A stretch of DNA of 64,000 bases, taken from NCBI GenBank assembly GCA_051530055.1, contig CM121341.1:6984784-7048783 (forward strand), given 5' to 3'. Below the pieces are notes generated by a model. That model was not told where the DNA came from, searched no databases, and was given only the letters and a program-made list of their open reading frames with translations. Made by a program: the position numbers and the translations under genes. The stretch is from Neoechinorhynchus agilis. Taxonomy: Eukaryota > Animalia > Acanthocephala. Below, in pieces: positions 1 through 12,088 of this stretch. Position 1 is the first letter of the stretch. Each line of letters opens with the position of its first letter.

Positions 1-289
1 AAATCAAAGAACAGTAATTGAGTACAAAGATGGTCGAATTGAAGTGCAGTATGATGAAAAAAAGTGAAGAGATTGGGAGTTAAGAAACACAATGATCGTT
101 CTTAAAGCCCCCTTGAAAGCAAATAACGTCCGCAACATCTAATCTACCCTTTAGACAAATATTCTCAATTAATATAAAATTATTCGTCATACAAGTAAGT
201 AAATTAACATTAAACATTTTAAAATATTTAGCGAAAACGGCCTTTATGCTGGCCATTAATATGCCTGCCCATCCTCCTTGTAATCAGGT

Positions 290-450
290 TCATCCTTAGC
301 TTCTCTCCTTCCTCGGTTGTCGCTACCACGTTGGCAGCATTGCCTCGTTGTACTGCGAGCGAGATATTTTGTGTGGATAATGAACACAAAAGTAACGAGA
401 TCGTGCGATTCCAGAGGCGGAGAAAGTGTACTCGGTTTCCAACGAGATTA
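290..450 (-). mobile_element. C-terminal remnant of a CRE-like (RLE-type) non-LTR retrotransposon ORF
   Basis: ORF 228..473 contains QNISLAVQRGNAANVVAT, matching the QR(I/L)SxAxQRGNAA C-terminal motif also seen in the 54-55 kb copy. Confidence 0.55.
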
Positions 451-1659
451 CTTCGACGGTCGAAATTAAACATGGAAGCTGCTTAACTCATTTAGGAATA
501 AATCTTGAAAAGGATTTTGGAAAAATGTATTTGTTAATCGCTAACAGCACCTATGAGCGATGGGGTGCTCGTCTTAATCAAGAGAATTCAGAAATATCAG
601 AACTTGCTTTGGATCGAACTCTGTATGCTTTTGAACACGTCCCAGTTAAATCACGAACATTCCTGATTGACATATTCTATGTGAGTTGTAAATTTAAGCT
701 TCCACCAAAATATGCGAGTTCTCTCACTTCCACGGTGTGCGTTTGGTTAAATTCAATATGACAACGATTGTGATATGGATTCCTTAAAAACACAGTTTGC
801 GTGGAAGCAAAAAAATTAATTTTTAAGTTTTTTTTCCTGAAAAATTAAGACATAAAAGCATTTCCGAAGTGTTTACTTTTTAAAACATCAATGGTTTCTA
901 AATACGCTTAATATCTCGGGCGTTTTCATCATATTAATGATCCAACATGAACACTTTGATGAGTAAATGGCGATTATAGATTTATAAGGCGTCCGCGCTA
1001 AATACGACTTCTCACCTCTCTCGAGAGGGTTTTCTCGGCAATCAATTTATCCTGTTGGATGCAATCCATCGTTTACTTGGTCTTCCTCGTCGGAGATTTC
1101 CCGTTACTTCCAGTTTCTCCGTGCTGCTTCACACTTGGAAACTTTATCGTTCGAGAGCAACCTTGCAGACGTCGAAGATCGCCGTGAGTTGTCTTAGTTA
1201 TCTTAGAACTTCGTTTTCGTTTGACAACGTACTTCCCGGCCCGGTTGAAAAAGGAGGAAGTGGAGGGTTGGCATCATTTTATTTATTTAACACGGCAAGA
1301 TAACAATTAGGGTTTTTCGTTAGTCTAGAAGTTATCGTTGGTCCTTCGTCTGCTCTATTGGACCTCAAGTATTAGGTCGATCTCAGGCAACCTCGGAGGC
1401 CCAAAAGACCAGATTAATCTTTTATCCTGGTAGTATTACTTTTCTTTATCCATTAACAAATTGCCTTTTGTAAAAAAAGTGTGTGCATCATTGAATTCCA
1501 ATCGAATTGTGCGGGAGCATTGTTCGCTGAAGTTAGGGTTAGAAGGAGAGGGAAAGTAGAATACTTGTTCATTAGATATAAAGAACTTACCTTTATTAGA
1601 AAATGAAGGGAAGAATAAGATTTTTCCCAAAAATAAGCGTGAGAGGAAGGATAAAAGAG

Positions 1660-2640
1660 GCTCATAAGATTATAATTTGATAAAAGTTTATGATGCTTAT
1701 TAAAACATCTAAAAAAGAAGGCAAACCTAAGTTCAGGAAGGCGACCTTTCCCGAAAAAACAAGCCTCCTATGAGAGTTTTTAGAACGGGTAATATAATGT
1801 TCGACAAAATATCTCGCTGGCAGTACAACGGGGCAATGCTGCCAGCGTGATGGCGACGGTCGAGGAAGGACAAAAGCTGGAATTTGGTGGGAGGTGGTGA
1901 ATGTAAAGAAAAGTAACCAAATAGAAAACAATACTGCCTAAAAAAATCGAGTGTATAAATTCCTTAAATTTCCGCCATAAAAAAAATTCTTAAATTAGAC
2001 ATTTTTTAACAATAAAACCACTTTTAATTTTCGGAAAAAAAAAGATATTTGGCTCTATTAAGAATATATTTGATTTTTAGAAAGGTATTATTAATCGAAG
2101 AATTAATTAAAATTTTAAATGTCTTGGAGGGGAAGTCGATTCCTAGAACCCTGGTAAATTTCTTAATGTTGACGGAGTTAAAATTGTGGTATTTAATTAA
2201 ATCATTGATTAAAACTTTCCTAGACGAGAGCGAGTTAGTGAGGGGGATAAAAAAGGTTTTATTGGCATTGATGGCAAGATTAGCCAATTTCAACTCTGAG
2301 CTAAGGGGACTCAGAGCTGCTTGAATGTTGCATAAAAGAGAGGGACAAGACCTTGCCTTGCAGAAGAGAAAAGGATCTATCCAAAGCATCAAATGCTTTG
2401 TTCAGGTCAAGCTGAATAAGAATTTTTTGAACAAATTTAATATTGTTTATACAGTTAAGGGAATCAAGTAAAGTGTTCACGCCTTTACCTTTGATAAAAC
2501 CATGGAAGTAAGAAGGAATAAGCTTCTTAGTTTTCAAAAACGCGTATAAAAGTCTATTTACGACTCTTTCTATACAAGAGATTATAGGATTCTGAATTGA
2601 AATTACTCTAATATGAGCCGGTTTTGAAATAATACCCGCT
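1660..2640 (-). mobile_element. Degenerate non-LTR (LINE-type) reverse transcriptase remnant
   Basis: Minus frames give RVISIQNP..RLLYAFLKTKKLIPSYFHGFIKGKG, QLDLNKAFDALD, QGKVLS, LKLANLAINANKT and RVLGIDF (RT motifs 2, 3, 4, 6, 7), then a decayed CPVV..VEHYI zinc-knuckle-like stretch. It is frameshifted and the YADD motif is absent. Confidence 0.6.
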
Positions 2641-3194
2641 TCAGCGTCCTGACCGGGCTCAGCTGCCAGCAACACGCCGTCATCACACCGAGGTTCAACT
2701 CGGTTGATCGACAACAGGCCCAGGGAAGCATCGTGACACGCGGACCTCCTTGCTCAACCCAACAAGGAAGCAGCGTTCGCCAATGTCACCGATGCCTCAG
2801 CACTGGCAGTCGGCGCAGCCCACAAACAACGGACCAAAGACGACACCTGGTAGTTCGATCCTTCAGCAGGAGGCTTTACGATGCCGAGACGCGATAAAGC
2901 ACCTTCGACAAGGTGCTTCAAACAAGTCCTGGCACTTGAAATCACTGCCCGCGGCACTGTCAACAGACGACCACCAAAACGTTTTCAAGACGACTTCTTT
3001 CACGTGAATGACGGACAGCCGTAAGAAGTTTCCTTTCCCCGAATGAAGGAAGGACAACAAGCATTTGACCATTGTAGATAATAATAAAATGCTTCGTCCG
3101 TACAACGTGACGCCGCTAAAACATCTTGAGTATAAAAAGAGGCGATTCATCGTTCCAAAGTCAAACTTCTCTCTCTCTCCATCGAACCTTAAAA

Positions 3195-3818
3195 ATGATC
3201 GCTCTTCTCTGCTTCACAGCTTTCATTTCAATTGGTTTCAGCAGTGGAAACCAAAAACGCCAAGGCCAAGAATCGCCATTGAGAGACCAATTCAAGGAAC
3301 AGAACAGAATATATGATCCGTATGGACGGATAACAGTGACGTATTATGCGGAATCGGACACGGAAACGGATTCAAATATTACTGAGATTCAACAAATCAT
3401 TGACGCTTTTAATAAGGAGAACGGAAAGCGTGTTTATCTGAAGAAAATTAAGGACGAATCAAAGGCTGGAAGAGTAGAAATATATGCAAAAGGAAGACAT
3501 TTCAACAAAAAATATGAGTTGGAACGATATGAAAAGTCAAAATTTGAGGAATTTTTCAATTATAGCATCGATGTATTGGTAATATGTCGACACATAGATG
3601 TGGAGTATTATATGGACCCGGATTTAAAAGCGGATAAAAATTACACGGATATCAAAAAAATCGTTGCCAGTAGTAAGTACAAACAGAACGTTCACGTGGA
3701 GAAACGGGACAACAAATCCAAGGCTGGAAAAGTACACATGAAATCATACGGACCCTTTGTAAAAGTTGAATGGGAGTTTTGGTACGAAAAGTCAAAATTT
3801 AAGAACTATATTAACTGA
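3195..3818 (+). CDS. Secreted protein made of two ~77-aa internal repeats
   Basis: Signal-like N-terminus MIALLCFTAFISIGFSS from ATG 3195. The repeats are ITVTYY..SKAGRVEIY..YEKSKF and IDVEYY..SKAGKVHMK..YEKSKF. AATAAA at 3868. Confidence 0.75.
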   Translation: MIALLCFTAFISIGFSSGNQKRQGQESPLRDQFKEQNRIYDPYGRITVTYYAESDTETDSNITEIQQIIDAFNKENGKRVYLKKIKDESKAGRVEIYAKGRHFNKKYELERYEKSKFEEFFNYSIDVLVICRHIDVEYYMDPDLKADKNYTDIKKIVASSKYKQNVHVEKRDNKSKAGKVHMKSYGPFVKVEWEFWYEKSKFKNYIN

Positions 3819-4771
3819 GAACGGCAGATCTCAGTTAGTTTCGATGGCTGTATCCGTCGATAGTTTCAATAAATAGATTTTTGGCATTCATTCGTAAAAA
3901 ACTTTATAACGGGTATTTTGTGTTCTAAAATTCAATTTTGAAGCGATCGTTTTAAACACACACAAAACCGGCCATCCCAAATAAACGAAATTTTAAGATT
4001 AGGTCCCGATCCTTTAAAATTTGATCAGAATATAAACAGTTCTCGACATTTGCTCTCATCTTTGAACGAATTTTTCTCGGCTTGACTGACAATTAATTTA
4101 CACGAGGCGGCACCACGTACAAATCATTAAATATTAGGCGGATCTGGAAGAATCGTCGCTGATTTCGTCATATTTCCCAAAGTTTGAAGTGAACGCCGGC
4201 GAATATGTTTTCAACCGGCGTGGAAGGCGAATGCATTCTGTCTCTAAAATATTAGACGGTACTGTGATTTGGGCGAAAAAGGAATCGATTCTCGTTTTAT
4301 GCTCCCTGTATGTAATTTTCGAATGTTAAGATTTTGGCTGAGTGGCAGTCACTTGGTATCGCGGTTAGCCTAAAAGCATCATTCATTTTATGAACCGTTG
4401 TATCGAGAGTAGAGCTCATTTCGATCCGTCTGCTTCACGGATTGTCTTTTGGTGGCCCTTTTTTGTTGAATAAAATGTTTTCCATTTAGGCGTTTATTCA
4501 ACAACAAAAACCGCGAACTAACAATCTAGCGAATGGACGCATGTGAAATGCGCGCTGTCGGCGTCCGATTCGCCATCACAACATAGAGTTTTCTTCTTCG
4601 TTAAAATCAGGTCTAAGAGATGTTTTCTCCTAAGATCTACATGCCAACAAAGTTGAACATCGTAAGCATTCTTCAATTAGTGTTTTGGAAAGATGAATCG
4701 CTTCGAGGAATTTTCTCTCTTAATATTTAAGCGACTCCACTGACCTTCTAAACGTTTCAGATTTATATTTT

Positions 4772-5482
4772 ATGACTGAAAAAGAAGAACGCAAAACAGT
4801 CACAATTTCTTCAAGCGATGTATCGTCCAATTGGCGCAAGTTAAGACCGAAAATAAAGTGCATTCGAACTCACTCCAAACCGAGTTGTGGGGGAAATCGC
4901 AAATACAAATACGTTGCACTCGATTGTGAGATGGTTGGTGTTGGCGGCAACGATTCCGCCTTGGCTCGAGTTTCTATTGTGAACGAACACGATGATGTTT
5001 TACTCGATAAATATGTAATACCGAGAGAAAAGATAACCGACTACAGATTCGAATTTTCCGGAATAACTAAAGATTTGATAAAAGTGCACGGTAAACCTTT
5101 TACAGAAGTACAAAAAGAAGCGGCTACCTTAATGGAAGGAAAGATTCTTATTGGTCACGGACTAAATCATGACCTTGGAGTTTTACTTCTTAGTCATCCA
5201 AGAAGACGAATCCGTGACACTTCCAAGTATAAACCATTTAGGACCGTTCGAAGTGGTGGTGGTACACCATCGCTCAAATTACTCGCTCGAACGTTGCTTG
5301 GAGTAGAAATCCATGAAGGTTGTCATGATTCTGTTTAAATGTGGATTCTACTATAGGGATTCCTCCACTGAATTCACATGATAGAAGACGCGCGAATAGC
5401 GATGAAACTCTATTTGAGACATCGAAAAGCTTGGGAAGATTCGTTACGAAATACAAGAAAGGAGAAGGACGTTCAGAAGTAG
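4772..5482 (+). CDS. REXO4: RNA exonuclease 4 (DEDDh), 2 exons (about 4772-5334 and 5383-5482)
   Basis: SSNWRKL, YVALDCEMVGVG, LARVSIVN, ILIGHGLNHDL, IRDTSKYKPF. HDS(V/I) joins to EDARIAMKLY across a 48-nt gap; TAG at 5480-5482. Confidence 0.9.
5335..5382 (+). other. Non-canonical stem-loop intron in REXO4 (48 nt; register uncertain by up to 2 nt)
   Basis: The gap contains 3 in-frame stops and the H-x4-D spacing fixes its length at 48 nt. Stem ATGTGGATTC (5339-5348) pairs with GAATTCACAT (5370-5379). No GT-AG solution. Confidence 0.75.
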
Positions 5483-5599
5483 AGACGCTGAGAATGTTCC
5501 TATAGAAAGCTGACGAGAGTTGCGTTCGATGCTCGCCAGTAGAAGTTGTTCTAACTCTTTATGTTATTCTCTTCGGGGTGGAGTTTAGACCCAGAACTC

Positions 5600-5945
5600 T
5601 AGGACGTCGACGAACTTTATGCATTTCCTGAACAAAATGTAAAACGGCGAAAGCGCTCGCTCAATTGAAGATTTTCTAGTTTTCATTTTCGAAAACAAAA
5701 CTTTTCTCTAAAGACACGACGATTTCATAAGTTCAAAAGCTCATTTTCTCGGACGTCGACGAACTTTACGCATCTCTACGCTTTTTTTGTAGGTTCCTGA
5801 ACAAAACGTAAAACGGCGAAAATTCTCGGGCAAATAAAGATTTCCTAGTTTTCATTTTTGAAAACAGAACTTTTTCCTAAAGACAAGACGATTTCATTAG
5901 TCAAAAAAGCTCATTTTCTCGGACGTCGACGAACTTTACGCATCT
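5600..5945. repeat. Short tandem duplication, ~150-170 bp unit, ~2.2 copies
   Basis: GGACGTCGACGAACTTTA recurs at 5602, 5751 and 5921 with shared intervening sequence. Confidence 0.7.
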
Positions 5946-6027
5946 CTACGTTCCTTTGCTTATCATCTCCCTCACTTCCACCCCCCGTTTGCCGAAATCC
6001 AAAATTCTCTTCGCTCTCCTTTCAACC

Positions 6028-6663
6028 ATGAGAAAAGAATTCCTACTCTAGTAATGACTGCACTCCTTCAACTTTAAATTCGTTAAAGTTTCACTATACA
6101 AATAGATACTGAACTAACCTTATTAGTCTCTTATATTTTAAACCGAAACGAGCGAAACGTTGATGAATTCACAGTCAAAAGAGTGCAGTCATTATTATAA
6201 ATCTTCTCATCTACGAGGGCAGTATCTTTAGAAATGATAAGATGTGCTGGATTCTGTCATTTTTGATTTACAAAGCACAAGTAAGCTGGAGAATGTTGAC
6301 ATGAAACATTTGCCTATAATTTAAGAAAAGAAAGCGTCTATTTTCTGGAGAATATCACCGTGGTTTGCAATTGTACAACCTTGCACCAGTCATTTGCTGA
6401 GTATAAACTAACAATGGTTCTCGAAAAGATAAATGATATCGAATACGCTATGGAATGCTCTAAAAGTTGTCTGGGACTTTGCCATCCGTGTCTCTCAACA
6501 TGGACAAATGAAAATTCAAACTCTTTTGTGCAATAAGCGTTTTAAAATGGTAAGTAATCCGTCGGTATCTTTTCCAATGTTGCAAATAGACTCACTAGGA
6601 CCATTTTTTCAAAAATTTAAACAACATTCTTTGAATGTGAATCTTTTTGGATATACGACATAA
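6028..6663 (+). CDS. Possible multi-exon hypothetical gene split by stem-flanked gaps
   Basis: ATG 6028, a 17-bp stem 6049-6065/6181-6197, and open stretches starting right after AT dinucleotides (6203, ~6303). No recognisable homology. Confidence 0.25.
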
Positions 6664-7690
6664 AAATTATTTTTTCACAAGTAGTGAAGCCCTATGAACC
6701 TTAAGAATTTTTAAACAAAAATGTAGCAAATGTGATTTATTTCATATTGATTTTCTGATTTCATAACCGTTTTAGCGCTTCGCTCTGAGACTTTAATAAA
6801 GCGAACTTCCGACCATTCAAAGTTTTTCGAAATTAATTAGAGGAGTGTTTAGGCGGACGTTCTGGCAGCACTGTAAATCTAATTAATTGCACGTTTTTCT
6901 TTAGGACAAGGGGAGATCCAGCTTTTCGGTCATTTCCCAAATGGCCGACTCATTCACAATATCGCTTAAAGAAAGAGCCGAAAACCGTATAGCTGGATCC
7001 TCCTTAAATCCCAAACGCATAACTGTACATACCGAAAGATGGTATCCAAGAAAAATGTTGACCCAGAATCGTTCTAGACTATTTGGGATGCTTAAATTCA
7101 TTTTGGAGATTTATAAGCCTTTACGAAAGCTACCAGCCAACAGAAACCCTATTCGTTCCAAAACGAATTGTTGTTTTCATTGTGCACGAGACGACTTTAA
7201 TTCATCAAACACAAACGCAATGAATCGTGGATTTCACGACAGCGACTGTTATCAAATTGGAATCCCGTTTCGTTGAATGAAAACATTCGTTGTCAAACAT
7301 GCAAATAGCCGAAAATAATGGTTTTTCTTCGAGTTTTGCGGAGGTGAGTGAAACTCCACGAATGGCTGATCCATTTAGAAGCTGTTGCGTCCATCGACTT
7401 CAACGATTTCGAGATGACTCGCATAACTATGAACGCATTTCAAAGTTAACCAACGAATTGACGAATAATGTGCAGCCGTATAAAAGGTTTGTAACGACCA
7501 ATCAACCATAATCTAGAGATAGCACTGTCATTTTTCAGTGAAGCAATAACCGTAACCCGAATGGGCGACGAGTCAATTCGGTTTCGAGGTGGTGTTCAAA
7601 ATGGGCAAATTAGGACTTGTTTGGTTGGAAGGGTAAGTGTTCCACATTTATAATAATGGGCCTTCGTAGTTTTAACCTTTGTTCTGCACA

Positions 7691-8368
7691 ATGAAAACAC
7701 ATAAATTTTCGTTCTGTTCAACATTGCAGCATTCCATCCGATCCCCTTTGAATATGGACTACCGTTCTTCTATGATGAACCATTCGACCAATTGGCGACG
7801 AGTTGCTCGTGATCGACGTCCCCGTTCTCACAGCATCATCGGCATTGATCGTCTTAATGGGACAAATGGTCTTAACTTAAATTCATTGAGTGATGATTTC
7901 TATTATGAAAACTGGGTTGACGACCATTATGCGTTTCCGACTAGTGGACGTCAAAACAATGACCTTCTTGAGGAAGAGTACCGGGAACGAATTATCCATT
8001 CCAATGATCCAATGGCCGCTGATTCGTTCGAGCCACTCGAAATGAACCAATCAGAGTATTTTTATGATCAGCGAAATCGCGATGTGTCCATGTATCCGTT
8101 TAGACGTAGAAACCGCCGAGAAGTTCATGGAAATCGCAGCAAATCAATAAATGCGCGGAATCGATCAGTGTCAACTCGGAATAGTACAGATTGGACTGGA
8201 CTACAAAATAGATTGCCATACAAATACAATTCGAGCAATCGAATATCCACCAATGATCATGGAGTCAATATAACTTTTGAAAATCATCAAAAACACCAAC
8301 ATACGTCTAACGGATTCAAATTCAAGAATGTCACAGTTCACACTGTGGAAAACCCAACTTGGTTTTAA
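7691..8368 (+). CDS. Hypothetical Arg/Asn/Ser-rich, probably disordered protein (may be a terminal exon)
   Basis: ~225-codon open frame in AT-rich DNA, AATAAA at ~8420. No domain recognised. Confidence 0.45.
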   Translation: MKTHKFSFCSTLQHSIRSPLNMDYRSSMMNHSTNWRRVARDRRPRSHSIIGIDRLNGTNGLNLNSLSDDFYYENWVDDHYAFPTSGRQNNDLLEEEYRERIIHSNDPMAADSFEPLEMNQSEYFYDQRNRDVSMYPFRRRNRREVHGNRSKSINARNRSVSTRNSTDWTGLQNRLPYKYNSSNRISTNDHGVNITFENHQKHQHTSNGFKFKNVTVHTVENPTWF

Positions 8369-8970
8369 GTTTTTTGCTTTTTTCGTACTTATTCTTACAA
8401 AAACCAATATTATTTTTCAATAAATTTTGGAAGCAGTAACCACTTTTGAGTATAGAATCCCCGATCATGTCGATCTTTTATTTTCTCGATTTTTAAAGGA
8501 TCTAAGAGCGAGTGCGCGTCCTTTTTAAATATAAAATATATAAATTACGTTTAAAAACAAGATACTTTGACCAACATTAAACGAGAATTTACGTTAATAT
8601 CGTGTTTTTTAAAAGAAAAATCTATACAAAATCCAAAAGTTAACTACACAACACGCCTCTATATCGCCAAATTCACTGTGAAAAAATAGGATATTTTGTA
8701 GTGTTACGGAAATTAGAAAAACTAACCCCTATGGTGCCGTTGTATGATTGAAATTTAAAAATCATTATTGTAAATTATTTTTGCACGACAAAATCAAAGA
8801 TTCTCCACCCTTGTACCTCTTCTCATAGACCGATGAGTTAAAATTGTTCAGACCAGAAAACAATTGCAAGAATTTGCACTCGAACATTCTTTTGTTTAAA
8901 AAAGATTATACAATTCACTGGCTATATTGCACTCGGGTAATCTCTATATATACACAAGCGACATGTTAAT

Positions 8971-9996
8971 TCATAGTGAACGGATCGATGATGATTGATT
9001 ATCGGGAATAACGTCTTCGTCATCACTTATCGTAATGCAACACTTCATTCCACGATCCCACATCGAAACTTTTGTGTACGTTAATGAACTTGAGCGATGA
9101 AGCTTATTTAGAACGATCATAATCATAGCTAAGTTAAACGCAATGAGAAATACGGAGCAAATAGCTAGAATGTCTGAAATCGGGAGTCTGTCACTCTCCA
9201 TAACCAAAATCTTCACCTTTACCTGGGCCGTCATTCCGTTTCCCATATCCTTTGCGGTCACATTCAAATCTCGGATGAACCGTTCTTCTTTTGCTAATCG
9301 TTTTCTTGCAAACACCGATCCATCGATAGCGTCAATAAAGAAATCCGGATTATAGTCCATTAGGAATAAAGTCGTTCCATTGTCTTCATCGGGATCATAC
9401 ACTTCCAGACGAACAATCGGTTCCGACAATGTATGATTTGGCCACAATCTCGCAAATATGACAGACTGATTGAACAGTGGCGGGCAGTCGTTTTCGTCCA
9501 ATATGTTCACAATCAAAACGAAATGTTTTTTGGGGTACCCAATCAACGTAAAGTCCGTAGCTGTTAGATTCAGGAACACTATTGATTCGTGTTCCCTATC
9601 GATTGGGTCAACTGCAATCAATTGAGCACCGCTACATCCTTGTTGATCGGGAAGGTAGGAAGTTGTAAATCGTGTATCATTCACTGTACAATAACGCATA
9701 TTACCAGCTCGGTATCGTCGATCGCTTCTATCATATCCGCAAATATAAAAGTCAGCTATCGCTACTGAGTAGCTGTTCTCCATCAAAACAAAAACAGGAC
9801 AAGTTTTACTTTGTTCCGAAAATGAACAGTTGTCGTATCTGGAACCAATACTACGGTTACGCTTGACGGAAACTCGAAGGTTCGTTTCGTACGGTTGGAC
9901 GAATAACTCTGGGAACGGTAAATCGTTTGGGATTGTTGCGTCCAGACTATACAGGAAGTGTATTATAATGGTCAAACTATGGGCCAATTGAACCAT
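8971..9996 (-). CDS. Short cadherin-domain type I membrane protein (2 EC-like repeats)
   Basis: Signal peptide, PIDREHE, VNILDENDCPPLF, VYDPDEDN, VTAKDMG, TM ILAICSVFLIAFNLAMIMIVL, short tail. Confidence 0.85.
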   Translation of the reverse strand: MVQLAHSLTIIIHFLYSLDATIPNDLPFPELFVQPYETNLRVSVKRNRSIGSRYDNCSFSEQSKTCPVFVLMENSYSVAIADFYICGYDRSDRRYRAGNMRYCTVNDTRFTTSYLPDQQGCSGAQLIAVDPIDREHESIVFLNLTATDFTLIGYPKKHFVLIVNILDENDCPPLFNQSVIFARLWPNHTLSEPIVRLEVYDPDEDNGTTLFLMDYNPDFFIDAIDGSVFARKRLAKEERFIRDLNVTAKDMGNGMTAQVKVKILVMESDRLPISDILAICSVFLIAFNLAMIMIVLNKLHRSSSLTYTKVSMWDRGMKCCITISDDEDVIPDNQSSSIRSL

Positions 9997-11043
9997 CTAA
10001 AGCTTAAAGAGAATCGAAAGCTCTTGAATTAGGGATGCTTCATCGGCGCAATTGGATATACTTTTGGTCGACGTATCTCTTTTATGCTGAGGTTTTTTTC
10101 TCAAGCATGGTACTAAGTTCTATAATAAGCAATGTTACGATGATTTTATCTCATTCCAACCGAGAAATCTTTCACAGAATGCGTTTTCCCTACGGCGAAA
10201 CTCGATGGATCATTGCGGATAGTTTCCCATCTTATATTCCATAAGAGTATTTGATTTGCTGATACTTTAGGGTGAAAGATATTTTGGGTTGTTCTTCAAA
10301 TTTCTCTAGTCTTAAATTTCAAAAAAAAACTAATACTTCTCATAAGATTTTTAGAGTAAACAATACATCGATTTCTTTTTAATTAAAAAATCGATGAAAA
10401 CGCTGATCACTTTTGTGTTATTGAACAACTGTTTTGATTAGACTCATGGATATATAGGCAAGAGTCTGAACGATAAGTATCTCACGTGCTTTGTTCTAGG
10501 AATTGTTTTTGATTTCCATGAATGCTGTTTAGATCGTCGATGGCGTAACGATATAGAAAGTGTAACCAAAATTGTTGTTAAACAACTTGGAATGTTGGTT
10601 AACAAGTAATCCGATTGTGTACGAGGTTTTTTTGTGGATTTAGGTGGTGCAATTAGCAAGTTTGATCTTATTTACTTTTGACTCATTCTGTTGTTTGTTT
10701 CATACGAGCACATTTGTCGAACTAAAAGTGAATAACTTTTTTGAATATTTGGTTTCAAACGAAATCGTTTTTTTGTTCGTTTTAAAGACAATTCGAGTCA
10801 GTTTTTTGTGAACAGATTGGACGCAATATGCGTCTAATATTAAATTTAACAAAAATAACAAAAACTTTCAATGAGATCGAAAATTATCTAAATGAAATTT
10901 TTTATTAAATATGACAATTCATAAAGTAGGGAAATATCGTTAACGATTCCACGAAGTTTCAAAGTAAATAAGAAAATATGGCACGATTGTTATTAATAAT
11001 CGCAGCCAAAATGCGTCTTTTTTTATTTCTGATGAAACGTTAG

Positions 11044-11216
11044 GAGTTCGTACATCTCTCCGGATCCTCAGATACCTCTCGAGGAGGCGGATCTCATCAG
11101 TGGGTTTCCTCCCTTCTGGTTGTGGGTGGCATTGGCGATCGTGGATTCCAACTCTTTGACCCTGAAACAGGGATTCGGGCACGAATCCACGGGACCACCT
11201 CTACGCGTTTGTCAAA
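11044..11216 (-). mobile_element. tRNA-headed SINE-like element, divergent internally deleted copy
   Basis: Shares GAGGTGGTC head, GGAGGAAAC.CACTGATGAG and GCCTCCTCGAGAGGTATCTGAGGATCCGGA with the copies at 14606 and 49144. It lacks the GGACGAAATACCTC segment. Confidence 0.7.
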
Positions 11217-11485
11217 AAATTAGAATTCAATCATTTCAAACATTGAATTTTCTTGTATTTATTGTCCTACGATCTAATCATCAATATACTTAATGGTTTT
11301 TGCTTTCGGCACCGAATCAATATTTCTCCATTTGAGAATTATGTGCCCCTTGAACCAGTATCTCCGTTGTATCAAAAAATCTTTTAGTTTTCTTTATTAC
11401 ATAAAGTTCAACTGAGTTCCGAATTCATCAGCCTCATAGAACCAATAATGAAAAGTCTTTATTTTTAATTCATGTACAATTTACA

Positions 11486-12088
11486 TTAAACTGCAGTCTC
11501 ATTAAAATTATGATAGCCATTCGGATTCTTCACAATCGCCACTTCATTTATCACATCTTTTCCATTTGATCGAAGCAACGTGTCCACTGGAACGGAGCAC
11601 ATTTCATTTTCTTGTTGTATTTTATCAACGAGCTTTTGGCTTTTCATTTTACGGGATGGTTTTTTTGGAGAAAGGAAATAACCGGCACCGATGGCACCAA
11701 AGAAAAAGAATAATCCTGACATGGTATAAACGATATACTTGATTTCTACTAATTTATCGCCAATGACGTGGATCCTCACTTGAACAGTCCATCGCTCTCC
11801 ATTCGTAGTATCTCTTATGTTCACTTGTAAATTCTTTGTAAAGCCTAAACCGGCTGGTAAAAGTCTCTTAAGGAATATTCGACCATCAAATTTTGTCACG
11901 TAAAATTCACTACTTTGCATCATGGAATAGATGACTAGTTTTTGTCCGAACTCCGGTAGATGTTTTTCGATGTGGACCACGGGTTCTGTTAAGGTGTGGT
12001 TCGTAAAAATCCGTATGGAGATTGAGTTTTCTTTAGTCAAAGTTTGTAAGGCTGCGTGGACCATGGAACAAATCAAAAACAAAAGCAT
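11486..12088 (-). CDS. Single cadherin-like-domain membrane protein, paralogue of flanking genes
   Basis: Signal peptide; IRIFTNHTLTEPVVHIE..FYVTKFDGRIFLKR aligns to the second EC of the neighbours (ARLWPNHTLSEPIVRLE..FFIDAIDGSVFARK); TM segment present. Confidence 0.7.
   Translation of the reverse strand: MLLFLICSMVHAALQTLTKENSISIRIFTNHTLTEPVVHIEKHLPEFGQKLVIYSMMQSSEFYVTKFDGRIFLKRLLPAGLGFTKNLQVNIRDTTNGERWTVQVRIHVIGDKLVEIKYIVYTMSGLFFFFGAIGAGYFLSPKKPSRKMKSQKLVDKIQQENEMCSVPVDTLLRSNGKDVINEVAIVKNPNGYHNFNETAV

Noticed and set aside
2640-3060. GC-rich island as an LTR-retrotransposon integrase tail (VNRRPPKRFQDD)
   Set aside because: Only one short motif is present, with no DDE core or LTR, so it is not supportable.
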